Origin: a virus
Taxonomy: Duplodnaviria; Caudoviricetes
IMG/VR virus record: IMGVR_UViG_3300027833_001879
Span: 1-56,816 of that record
DNA: 56,816 nt
Direction: 5' to 3' (one strand)
The position numbers were made by a program, and so were the translations under genes. Each line of letters begins with the position of its first letter. Position 1 is the first letter of the stretch. Positions 48,470 to 56,816 of this stretch are shown piece after piece. Under the pieces are notes generated by a model. The model was not told the DNA's origin and searched no databases. It saw nothing but the letters and a program-made list of their open reading frames with translations.

Positions 48470-49714
48470 TTATTTTGTTATTTTATTATAAGCTTCCCAG
48501 ATTTTATTATCTACATGCTCTCCGGTATAATAGGAATCTTTTAAGTATTTTTCTTGGAGATTATAGAAGAGCTTTTTATAATGATCTGGGTTTGCATTTA
48601 AAAACTCTACTTTCTTTTTTAAATCTTCTGGAGATTTACATCTAATGAAATGCCCATCAGGGAAGACATTAAATTCAGTATCGTAAGACGGGTGTAAGAA
48701 TGGTATAATACCATAGTGTAACATTTCTGCATACTTAGAGGTTACCATTCCTTCTTTAATGGGTACACAGAATGTATACTTAGTAGAAAGTAATTCATCC
48801 GTCATTGATTCAATTCTTTTTTCACCTTTGAACCACTGAGGATATTTTTCTTTTAATTCATCATCCCACTTACCATAAATATCTGTCTTTATATCATTCT
48901 CTACAATATAATCTTTAACAGGATCCCATCGGTCCATTCCTCCTGTACCTTTTCCTTGATTTTGTAACATCATAAATGAATTTGTCTTTTTCATTTCAAA
49001 CAATTCATCAGTGTTATACCTAGTCTTATCTAAAAGAAAGACAGTTTCAATACCTGAATATTCATAAGTAGAAGTAATTGTTTTAACATCTCTTAGTGGT
49101 GGTTGATAAAAATACTGCTCTTCTTTTGTAAAATTATTTTGAGCTAAGTAATATGTAGGTCTATTATTAATACCCCAATCTTTACAGGCTAATACATATC
49201 GATTATCTACAAGTAAACCAACAATTGGTACTTTCTTTTCCAATTCATTCATTGCTTGAATTATTGGTGCTGCATAATATTTAAAAAAGTCTAATGATTT
49301 AACTTGACCATTTCCATCCTTCTTGTTAATATAATTAGGTATATTAACTGTACTTGATGGCCCAGTGTAAAAGAAAATAAAATCTAAATCTAATTCTTTT
49401 ATAAATTTTACAGTTTCATCAGCAGATTTTCTATTCTCCATTTTAGAATGAAATTCATGAATGTTTGATTCTGCCGCTGACTCTGCTTTAATAGGATCTC
49501 CAAATAATGATTGAACTGCCGGCTTTTCTTTTGCTCTAACTCTGCCTAAATCATTAGGACTTAATAACCAATATTCAATATTAGGATTTCTTTTTGCTAT
49601 TGCATTTATTAATTGCTTAGGTTCACAATCTCCACCGATTGCGCCCCAACTGTTTTCATTAAACTTAATCGCTTTACCAAGTTTAAAGAAACCTACTTTT
49701 TTAACATTTTCCAT
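48470..49714 (-). CDS. GT-B fold glycosyltransferase, putative DNA-base glycosyltransferase
   Basis: N-terminal GFFKLGKAIKF...GGDCE...RNP, C-terminal DIYGKW, KYTFCVP...VTSKYAEM..GIIPF.HP.YD. Confidence 0.65.
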   Translation of the reverse strand: MENVKKVGFFKLGKAIKFNENSWGAIGGDCEPKQLINAIAKRNPNIEYWLLSPNDLGRVRAKEKPAVQSLFGDPIKAESAAESNIHEFHSKMENRKSADETVKFIKELDLDFIFFYTGPSSTVNIPNYINKKDGNGQVKSLDFFKYYAAPIIQAMNELEKKVPIVGLLVDNRYVLACKDWGINNRPTYYLAQNNFTKEEQYFYQPPLRDVKTITSTYEYSGIETVFLLDKTRYNTDELFEMKKTNSFMMLQNQGKGTGGMDRWDPVKDYIVENDIKTDIYGKWDDELKEKYPQWFKGEKRIESMTDELLSTKYTFCVPIKEGMVTSKYAEMLHYGIIPFLHPSYDTEFNVFPDGHFIRCKSPEDLKKKVEFLNANPDHYKKLFYNLQEKYLKDSYYTGEHVDNKIWEAYNKITK

Positions 49715-50419
49715 TTAACACGTTTTAATTAAATCTTCTATTACTTCTTTATCATTTTCATATGTTAGATCATACCAACATATATTTAATTCCTCAAACT
49801 TTAAATTATCCATTGAATTAATAAGATGGGTAATTTCATATTCATTCCTATTTGACATTTTAATACTATCAAGATTGTCAAATGCTTCTTTTGAAAATAT
49901 CATATAACCACAGAAATATCTTCCTGAAACAATTCCATGTGGTTTTTCTATAACAACATTTTCTAATATGGAAGCTAATTGTAAATTCCTAGCTCTTGTA
50001 TCATAATCTTTGTAAGTAACTACTGTACTGTTTGGATCATGATATTCTAATCCTATATTTCCTTGATAATAATTGTCACCGAATAAACATAAGAATGCTT
50101 CATTAAATTTACCAGACCAAACTTTTATTGCTGCACCTGGACCATATTCATTATCTTGCTGAAATTCATAAAATATATTAATCTTATTTTTATATTGATT
50201 AAGTTTTTCAATAATAGGATGAGATAATTTTACATTGCCCTTAAAAAAGAAATCTGCTTTGCTTATTGTAACATAACAATCTTCTATTCCATTTTCAATG
50301 CAAAATTCAATACAATATTCAATAGTAGACTTTCCTAAAATAGGATCTACTAATTTATTCTTACCATACCTGGTGGATTTTCCTGCTGCTAATATAATTG
50401 CCTTTGTTACTCTACTCAT
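49715..50419 (-). CDS. Sugar-phosphate nucleotidyltransferase (RmlA-like)
   Basis: IILAAGKSTRY, GDN, IEKP, SNRNEYEIT. Confidence 0.88.
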   Translation of the reverse strand: MSRVTKAIILAAGKSTRYGKNKLVDPILGKSTIEYCIEFCIENGIEDCYVTISKADFFFKGNVKLSHPIIEKLNQYKNKINIFYEFQQDNEYGPGAAIKVWSGKFNEAFLCLFGDNYYQGNIGLEYHDPNSTVVTYKDYDTRARNLQLASILENVVIEKPHGIVSGRYFCGYMIFSKEAFDNLDSIKMSNRNEYEITHLINSMDNLKFEELNICWYDLTYENDKEVIEDLIKTC

Positions 50420-51162
50420 TTTGTATATTTTATTTCTAATTCATCAAATAATTCATGCCCCTTTTTAAGAAAACTTCCTGCTAATTCATATCTTTCATTT
50501 AACTCAAAGAAAGGTACCGCACCTAATAAATGTACAGCTAAAAAGAATTTTAATTGATACTCATCACACCACTCATACATAATTTTTTCTGCACCCTTAC
50601 AGAAGCTACTATATTTTTTATTGTGGTTATTGTATATATGGGATTCATACTCCATTGCAAATGATTGCATTAATTTACCGTAGTCATAATAGTTTTGCTC
50701 TTCGGTTCCTCGCGGATCAATAAATAAGAAGTCTTTATCATGTAAAATATTACTTACTGTTAAATCACCATGAACAAAACCCCATGATGAGGTTGCATCA
50801 AACTTACCTTCATAAGTATAGCCTGTTCTTAATTGTAGCTTATCAAAATAATCTTGGGTCTTTACATCAGATCCTACATTATCAAATTTACCTATTATAG
50901 AAATTAAATTTTCTAATTGTCCTAATGAAGTATTTAGTGGCTGAGTTAAAATTTTATCATACCAAGTAGAATATCTTTTCATTTCATAACTTGTTTCTGA
51001 TAAAGGTTTAATGTCAATAAAGTTAGGATGATCACAGCACATTAAAAAATCCATTTGTTGTTTGAATTTTTCTGGATAATGCCCAGCTTCTTTAATTACT
51101 TTATTACCTTGCAGAAATACTTTATCTCCGCTGTTTCCTACTAAAATTTTACTATTATGCAT
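50416..51162 (-). CDS. APH / choline kinase-fold phosphotransferase (putative sugar kinase)
   Basis: GNSG, HGDLTVSNIL, FIDPRG, YDYGKLMQS. Confidence 0.82.
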   Translation of the reverse strand: MHNSKILVGNSGDKVFLQGNKVIKEAGHYPEKFKQQMDFLMCCDHPNFIDIKPLSETSYEMKRYSTWYDKILTQPLNTSLGQLENLISIIGKFDNVGSDVKTQDYFDKLQLRTGYTYEGKFDATSSWGFVHGDLTVSNILHDKDFLFIDPRGTEEQNYYDYGKLMQSFAMEYESHIYNNHNKKYSSFCKGAEKIMYEWCDEYQLKFFLAVHLLGAVPFFELNERYELAGSFLKKGHELFDELEIKYTK

Positions 51163-51692
51163 TTTATTCCAAGTTTACGTGCAAAAGTTAAATCCACATC
51201 AGAATCCCCAACCATTAGGAAGTCTTCAAAATTATATTGTGGAAATTGTTCGAATATTAAGTGCCCCATATCTGGTGACGGTTTTTTATTTGGTACATCT
51301 TCTCTAGTATATATGTAATCAAATAAAGAAGGTTCTATTTGATGATAGCTCATAATTCTATCTACATTTTCCCTAGATGAATTTGATGCTATTACTAAAT
51401 TTTTAAATACTTTACTCTTACACATATATAAAAGTAATTCATTTACTTTAGTTTTATGTAAGTTTTTAGAAAATATTTCTTTTTTATACTTCTGTGCTAA
51501 TTTGCTTTCTTTAGGAGTTAATTGATATTTTTCTAGCAAAACATCCATTCCATAATTAATATCAGCAAGAATAGCAGAAAGTGGTATTTCTACATTTAAA
51601 ACTTTTTCTAGTGCCTTTCTCCAAGAATCGGCATGAATCTCAATAGTTTTAACTAAAGTATCATCAAAGTCTAACATTAAACATTTTTCCAT
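51141..51692 (-). CDS. HAD-family phosphatase / phosphomutase
   Basis: DFDDTLV, ASNS, KKPSPD, VGDSDVD. Confidence 0.9.
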   Translation of the reverse strand: MEKCLMLDFDDTLVKTIEIHADSWRKALEKVLNVEIPLSAILADINYGMDVLLEKYQLTPKESKLAQKYKKEIFSKNLHKTKVNELLLYMCKSKVFKNLVIASNSSRENVDRIMSYHQIEPSLFDYIYTREDVPNKKPSPDMGHLIFEQFPQYNFEDFLMVGDSDVDLTFARKLGIKCIIVKF

Positions 51693-51711
51693 ATAAATTA
51701 CTGATTTATTA

Positions 51712-51737
51712 TTATATGGATAAATTAATAAATGTTT
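51712..51737 (-). promoter_or_regulatory. Putative middle-type promoter heading the modification operon
   Basis: AAAC-N15-CATATAA. Confidence 0.6.
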
Positions 51738-51764
51738 TAAGAGTGCTAGAGATATTTTTAAGAC

Positions 51765-51794
51765 AAAAAAAGACCGCCTAGAAGGCAGCCTTTT
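51765..51794 (-). terminator. Rho-independent terminator
   Basis: Minus strand AAAAGGCTGCC-TTCTA-GGCGGTCTTTTTTT. Confidence 0.85.
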
Positions 51795-51814
51795 AAAATT
51801 AAGTTAATTTTTAT

Positions 51815-51991
51815 TTAGAGATTATTCTTAGTCTCTTGAACATGTAATCTTACTTCTTGTGCTAGATTTTTAATATCTTGCATAGTTTTACGAATTCTTA
51901 CAGCAGCAGCTTTATTTCCTTTTACATAAAATTTATCTACATCTTCAGTACATGCTTCGATTAACGCTTTGATTTCTTCAAATTTTTCCAT
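51815..51991 (-). CDS. Histone H1-like protein Hc1 family (58 aa)
   Basis: Manual ORF MEKFEEIKALIEACTEDVDKFYVKGNKAAAVRIRKTMQDIKNLAQEVRLHVQETKNNL; KGNKAA..R.RK signature. Confidence 0.85.
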   Translation of the reverse strand: MEKFEEIKALIEACTEDVDKFYVKGNKAAAVRIRKTMQDIKNLAQEVRLHVQETKNNL

Positions 51992-52024
51992 AATTAATTG
52001 TTTTAGTTATTTAGTTTATTTAAT

Positions 52025-52034
52025 CTATATATTC
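52025..52034 (-). promoter_or_regulatory. Putative late promoter (GAATATATA) for Hc1 gene
   Basis: Repeated motif. Confidence 0.55.
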
Positions 52035-52038
52035 ATCA

Positions 52039-52950
52039 CTAGAACTTGCCTTCACGATTTCTATAAAAGCTTGTTACTTTAGGAATGTACATATAATTTT
52101 TTCCTGCATCCTTTACATTCATCATGACTCTTTTGAACATATCCCAATCAGCAGGTAGTATTCCACCTGAATCGGATGGAGCACCTTTTAGTTTAGGGGC
52201 AGTGTTTTTTTGTTGATCTGGATTTCTATATCTTAAATCTCCAGTTATGCTAGGTCGCCAAGATACTGCTGAATGTGAAGTATCGTTTGGCCCATATCCT
52301 TTATTATTAGGTTTCATTTCTATACCGTCCTTTTGAGGTTGCATAAATATTTTCTTTTTGGTATTAAATGCAGTTACTTTCTTTTTACTTCTAGTAAAAA
52401 CAAATCCTAAATCAGGATATTGTGAATATGCTTTTGCTATTAATTCTAAGTGATTAGGGGCCCATTTATCGTCATGGTCTAATCTAATGATATAATCACA
52501 ACCATCTTTCTTAGCCATGTCTAGTGAGTCATTAAGTGCACCACAGCCTGCAGTAAAGCGAATTTGTTTGGTTGTCCACTTTTTATTATTTCTTTCTCCT
52601 GGTGTAGATCTGTTTTGATATTGTAGCTGATCTTTAGGAATAACATCTTCCATTACTTTTTTAATTTCACCTTCATCGCCTTCATACTTATCAGCAGTTA
52701 AGTATATTTTCCAATTCTTGTACTTCTGAGCTTTAACAGAATTTAACGCGTCAGCCAAGACACCTGGTGTAGTCATATGTTTAGCTCTTTGTTTATTAGC
52801 AGCGCCGGCATTCATATCATGTGTTGCCATAACAATACCAAATTTAATATCCTTATCAATATTAGGACCTAAGTTCTTTTCTAATAAGATTTTAAAATTA
52901 TCAGAACTGATGTAAGCTTCTAATAAATTATATTCTTCAAATGTTATCAT
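52039..52950 (-). CDS. GT-A / family 2 glycosyltransferase
   Basis: IVMAT, ALNSVKAQKYKNW, RLDHDDKW.PNHLE, DWDMF. Confidence 0.88.
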   Translation of the reverse strand: MITFEEYNLLEAYISSDNFKILLEKNLGPNIDKDIKFGIVMATHDMNAGAANKQRAKHMTTPGVLADALNSVKAQKYKNWKIYLTADKYEGDEGEIKKVMEDVIPKDQLQYQNRSTPGERNNKKWTTKQIRFTAGCGALNDSLDMAKKDGCDYIIRLDHDDKWAPNHLELIAKAYSQYPDLGFVFTRSKKKVTAFNTKKKIFMQPQKDGIEMKPNNKGYGPNDTSHSAVSWRPSITGDLRYRNPDQQKNTAPKLKGAPSDSGGILPADWDMFKRVMMNVKDAGKNYMYIPKVTSFYRNREGKF

Positions 52951-54062
52951 TTTTTAAAAAATGTTTTTATTGACTTTATTATTCTTTGCATGTCCTCATC
53001 TGTTAGATCTGAACCTGATGGTAAACAAATACCTTGTAAGAATAATAAAGAACTGTTTCCATTTATATATTTTTTATACTCTTGCATAACTGGTTGTTGG
53101 TGCATTGGTTTCCATATTCTCCTACCTTCAATATTATCATTTGCTAAATGTGCAATTAAATCATCAGGGCGATCTTCACCGTTCATAAGGGCGCAAGTTA
53201 ACCACATATTAGATCTATCATTTTCTTGCTCTTCTTGGAATGAATAAAAAAGATCTCCTAATTCTTTTCTGTAAATTTCATTAACTTCTCGAGTTCTTTT
53301 TATCCTATCCTCAATTACCTCCATTTGACCAACACCAATAGCTGCTAGTACATTGCTCATTCTATAATTATAACCAATTTCTTTGTGATGGTAAAATGGC
53401 ATTGGTTCTTTGGCTTGAGTAGATAAGAACCTCATATAATCTGCCTTCTCTTTGTCATTAGTTACAGCAACGCCGCCACCTGAGGTAGATAATAATTTAT
53501 TTCCATTAAAAGAATAAACGCCAATAGAACCAAAGGTTCCTGTATGTTTATCATCGGTAGTAGAGCCAAGACTTTCTGCTGCATCTTCAATAATAGGTAT
53601 GTCATATTCATCTGATAATTTTTTAATTGCTTTCATATTACAGGGTACCCCAAAAATATGAACTGGTATAATAGCTTTTGGTTTTTTACCTATTGCCATT
53701 GAGTTAAGAATTGCAGTTTCTAATAATAAAGGATCCATATTCCAACTACCTTCCTCAGAATCAATAAAAATAGGCTCAGCTCCACAATATAAAATTGGAC
53801 TCACTGTAGCTACGAAGGTTAATGACGAGCATAAAACAAAATCACCAGCCTCTACTTGTAATGCGCGTAATGCTAGATGAATTCCAGCTGTGCATGAAGT
53901 AACCGCTACTGCATGGTGTGCTCCAGTATATTCTTTAACTCTTTCTTCAAACAAATTTAAGTGAGGTCCAATTGGAGCTATCCAATTATCTTTAAATACA
54001 TCTTTAATATATTTTAGCTCATTGCCTGACATATGAGGCGGTGATAAGTAAATCTTTTTCAT
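52947..54062 (-). CDS. pglE: DegT/DnrJ sugar aminotransferase (PglE/EpsN-like)
   Basis: IYLSPPHM, NWIAP.GP, EDAAESLG, SFNGNK..TSGGG, GYNYRMSN, WKPMH.QP, CLPSGS. Confidence 0.92.
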   Translation of the reverse strand: MKKIYLSPPHMSGNELKYIKDVFKDNWIAPIGPHLNLFEERVKEYTGAHHAVAVTSCTAGIHLALRALQVEAGDFVLCSSLTFVATVSPILYCGAEPIFIDSEEGSWNMDPLLLETAILNSMAIGKKPKAIIPVHIFGVPCNMKAIKKLSDEYDIPIIEDAAESLGSTTDDKHTGTFGSIGVYSFNGNKLLSTSGGGVAVTNDKEKADYMRFLSTQAKEPMPFYHHKEIGYNYRMSNVLAAIGVGQMEVIEDRIKRTREVNEIYRKELGDLFYSFQEEQENDRSNMWLTCALMNGEDRPDDLIAHLANDNIEGRRIWKPMHQQPVMQEYKKYINGNSSLLFLQGICLPSGSDLTDEDMQRIIKSIKTFFKK

Positions 54063-54063
54063 A

Positions 54064-54612
54064 TTATTTAATTTTAGCAGGATTACCGTATGCTGTTGAA
54101 TTATTAGGAATATCTTTAGTTACAACTGAACCTGCACCAATCATACAATTTTTACCAATTTTAATGTAAGGTAATATTGTTGCACCTGCCCCTATAAATG
54201 TACATTCTCCAATTTCTACACCACCACACAGTGTTGCATTAGGTCCTATAAAACTAAAGTCTCCTAAGACACAATCATGATCTATAGAAGCTGCTGTATT
54301 AATTATACAATGTTTTCCTATTTTAGTACCAACTTGAATTATTGAGCCATGTAGTATCTGTGAACCTTCGCCTGGGTCTATGTCACATATTGCAGTGTGA
54401 TGTATTACAGTTTTAAATTCTTTATCTTTTAGTTTATTTGCTATTTTTTTTCTATCTTTATTATTACCTATTGCAATTACCCAAGGATCCATTGCAGTAT
54501 CATCAAAATCATCATCATTATAATCTTCTACAAAATGAGGATTTTCTGTGTGGTTAATTATAACATCTGTAACAACTCTTGCATGCCCACCTTTTCCGTA
54601 AATATTAATCAT
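54064..54612 (-). CDS. pglD: Sugar N-acetyltransferase (PglD/NeuD family)
   Basis: YGKGGHA.V, AIGNN..R, INT..SIDHDC, hexapeptide repeats, GNPAK; start set at MINIYG. Confidence 0.9.
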   Translation of the reverse strand: MINIYGKGGHARVVTDVIINHTENPHFVEDYNDDDFDDTAMDPWVIAIGNNKDRKKIANKLKDKEFKTVIHHTAICDIDPGEGSQILHGSIIQVGTKIGKHCIINTAASIDHDCVLGDFSFIGPNATLCGGVEIGECTFIGAGATILPYIKIGKNCMIGAGSVVTKDIPNNSTAYGNPAKIK

Positions 54613-55666
54613 TGCTTTCTCTTTTAAATTCTGGAACAATACTTTTCATTAATAGAAGTATCTTATAAAAATCGTTTGATCTTATTTTAGATAACTTTTC
54701 TATTTTAGGTATTAAAGTTTTAAAATCATATTCTTCATGATTTAATTTCATAATGTTATGGTCATTAGTAGGAATCATATTTTCACCATTACATAATAGC
54801 TCTTCATATAACTTTTCGCCTGGCCTTAAACCTATGTATTCAATTTCAACATTACTTTTAAAATGTTTAATTAAATTTTTTGCTAAATCTGTAATACTTA
54901 CAGGTTCACCCATATCAAACAGAAACACTTCACCGCCCTTTCCTAATACACCTGCCTGTAATACTAATTGGCATGCCTCTGGTATAGTCATAAAATATCT
55001 TATAACTTCTTTATGAGTAACACTCACAGGACCACCCTGTTTAATTTGTTTTATAAATGTTGGAATTACTGAACCTTCAGATCCTAACACATTACCAAAT
55101 CTAGTTACTATAAAGTTAGTAGCTGATTTAGTTTCTAAGAACTGAGTGTATAATTCTGCTATTCTTTTAGTTGCACCCATTATGTTTGTAGGATTAACTG
55201 CTTTATCAGTTGATACCATAACAAATTTATCAACCTCATTCATAAAGGAAATATCAGCAACATTCTTTGTTCCTAGAACATTTGTTTTAATTGCTTCAAT
55301 TGGATTAGCCTCCATCATAGGAACATGTTTATAAGCAGCTGCATGAAATACTACATTAGGTTTAAAAGAATCAAAAACTTCTTCTAATCTATACTTATCT
55401 CTTACATCACCTATTACATATTTAATATGGGATTTTGGATTTGATCTACTTATCTCTTGTCCTAGATGAAACATAGATGCTTCGGCATTATCAAAAACAG
55501 TTACTGATGAAGCATCAAAATTAACAAGCTGTCTTACTATTTCACTACCTATTGAACCAGCACCACCGGTAACAAGAATTCTTTTACCTTTAATAAAATC
55601 TTTAATTGAGTTAAGATCAGTTATTATAGGTTTGCGATTTAATAGCTTAGAATAGTCTAAATTCAT
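54605..55666 (-). CDS. pglF: UDP-GlcNAc 4,6-dehydratase (PglF/CapD catalytic domain)
   Basis: TGGAGSIGSE, HAAAYKHVP, STDKAVNPTNIMGATK, RFGNVLGS.GSV, RPGEKLYEEL. Confidence 0.93.
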   Translation of the reverse strand: MNLDYSKLLNRKPIITDLNSIKDFIKGKRILVTGGAGSIGSEIVRQLVNFDASSVTVFDNAEASMFHLGQEISRSNPKSHIKYVIGDVRDKYRLEEVFDSFKPNVVFHAAAYKHVPMMEANPIEAIKTNVLGTKNVADISFMNEVDKFVMVSTDKAVNPTNIMGATKRIAELYTQFLETKSATNFIVTRFGNVLGSEGSVIPTFIKQIKQGGPVSVTHKEVIRYFMTIPEACQLVLQAGVLGKGGEVFLFDMGEPVSITDLAKNLIKHFKSNVEIEYIGLRPGEKLYEELLCNGENMIPTNDHNIMKLNHEEYDFKTLIPKIEKLSKIRSNDFYKILLLMKSIVPEFKRESND

Positions 55667-56409
55667 ATATTATTTATTTGAGACACTAACCAATCCAATT
55701 CAACTTGGCTTTCAGAATCCGATATTGCATTTTCAGGATCTGGGTGAGTTTCAATAAATACTCCATCATATTCAAATATCTTAGCTGCTTGTGCATATTG
55801 TTTTGCTAACTTGCGACTGCCTCCAGTTATACCTTCTCCAGCCATTTGAGTTGAATGAGTACAATCTAAAATAACTTTGTCTGCAAATTCTTTCATTACA
55901 TCTACACCTCTAAAATCTACAATTAATCTATCATACCCAAAATTAGATCCTCTTTCAGTTACCCATACTTCACAATTAGGATCAACCTCTTTAATCTTTG
56001 CAACTGCATGTTTCATTGCATCAGCAGATAACCATTGACCTTTCTTAATATTAATTATATTAAAGTTTTTTGCACACGCTACTAAAAGATCTGTTTGTCT
56101 ACATAAGAATGCTGGTATTTGAATAACATCAACTACATCTGAAAGTGGTAATGCTTGGCTAGGCTCGTGTATATCAGTTACAATTCTAATATTAGGATAA
56201 GCTTCTTTAATACTTTGCATAATCCTAATACCTTCGTCTAATCCTGGACCTCTATCAGAATGTATAGAAGTCCTGTTAGCTTTATCAAAAGAACCTTTTA
56301 AATACCAATCTTTACCTCCCATATAACCATCTAAGGTTTTGGCTACTTCTAAAAAGTTATCCTCGTTTTCAATACTACAAGGACCGAGTATGTATGTATA
56401 ATTTTTCAT
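55663..56409 (-). CDS. kdsA: KDO8P synthase (metal-dependent type)
   Basis: GPCSIE, SFDKANRTS, QIPAFLCRQTDL, NIKKGQW, ERG..FGY, D.THS.Q, FIETHPDP..A.SD. Confidence 0.95.
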   Translation of the reverse strand: MKNYTYILGPCSIENEDNFLEVAKTLDGYMGGKDWYLKGSFDKANRTSIHSDRGPGLDEGIRIMQSIKEAYPNIRIVTDIHEPSQALPLSDVVDVIQIPAFLCRQTDLLVACAKNFNIINIKKGQWLSADAMKHAVAKIKEVDPNCEVWVTERGSNFGYDRLIVDFRGVDVMKEFADKVILDCTHSTQMAGEGITGGSRKLAKQYAQAAKIFEYDGVFIETHPDPENAISDSESQVELDWLVSQINNI

Positions 56410-56418
56410 AACTTATTT

Positions 56419-56816
56419 TTATCCATCACAACTAATACAATCTTCCATTGCCTTTGCTGCAATATCACCTCTTAATACAGATTCAGTTCTCATGTAATAT
56501 AAAGTTTTAATGCCTTGTTTCCATGCTTCTAAATGAACTTGGTTAATCCATTTTGGGGTTGCTTCTTTAGGGAATGCTAAATTTAAGCTTACTGCTTGGT
56601 CAACATATTGCTGTCTTACACCTGCCTGTTTTACTAGCTCTAATTGATTTATTTCCTTAAAGGTTTTAAATACATCTTTAAACGGAACGCCTTCATGGAA
56701 TTCTGGTACATCTTTACATTTCATTAATATGCCTTTTAAGAAACACCAATCATCTAAGAATTTTAATCCTTGAACAGATCCACCATCAGCCATTATCTTG
56801 TCCCATACTTTTTTAT
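56419..56816 (-). CDS. nrdA: Ribonucleotide reductase class I alpha subunit, C-terminus (partial)
   Basis: FKTFKEINQ, RQQYVDQAVSLN, GIKTLYYMR, terminal CISCDG. Confidence 0.95.
   Translation of the reverse strand, partial: KKVWDKIMADGGSVQGLKFLDDWCFLKGILMKCKDVPEFHEGVPFKDVFKTFKEINQLELVKQAGVRQQYVDQAVSLNLAFPKEATPKWINQVHLEAWKQGIKTLYYMRTESVLRGDIAAKAMEDCISCDG

Noticed and set aside
99-55334. Numerous plus-strand ORFs in the ORF track (e.g. 7523-7891, 9974-10477, 15418-16062, 27215-27562)
   Set aside because: Antisense shadows of well-supported minus-strand genes with no motifs or promoters; only 25525-26322 is credible
52947-56409. Host chromosomal contamination or prophage boundary at the bacterial-like sugar genes
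   Set aside because: Same strand, AT content and tight gene overlaps as flanking phage genes, and continuous with nrdA and phage promoter motifs
1-56816. Alternative genetic code (stop codon reassignment)
   Set aside because: Genes are full length under code 11 and TAA, TAG and TGA all terminate ORFs at sensible positions; no suppressor tRNA seen

Overview
AT-rich segment of a large T4-like (jumbo) myophage, probably infecting a Bacteroidota/Flavobacteriia host (A-rich leaders without Shine-Dalgarno sites, Hc1-type histone-like gene). All credible genes but one are on the minus strand. The window carries nucleotide kinases and a thymidylate-synthase-like fragment, a two-subunit type II topoisomerase, a tandem tmRNA + tRNA-Ala, the tail/head/packaging module, late sigma gp55 and the replication/recombination core, including only the C-terminal half of a family B polymerase. 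It also carries two sugar modules. The first, HAD / kinase / nucleotidyltransferase / GT-B glycosyltransferase / epimerase / C5 methyltransferase, looks like a DNA hypermodification pathway. The second, KdsA + PglF/PglD/PglE + GT2, plus a distant Maf/DUF115-like gene, looks like a bacillosamine/ulosonic-acid glycosylation system. Features missed by the ORF track include a 21-aa, 9-Cys metallothionein-like peptide, an Hc1 protein, several small ORFs, two candidate recoding sites and three promoter classes. All calls come from motif recognition by eye; no searches were run.
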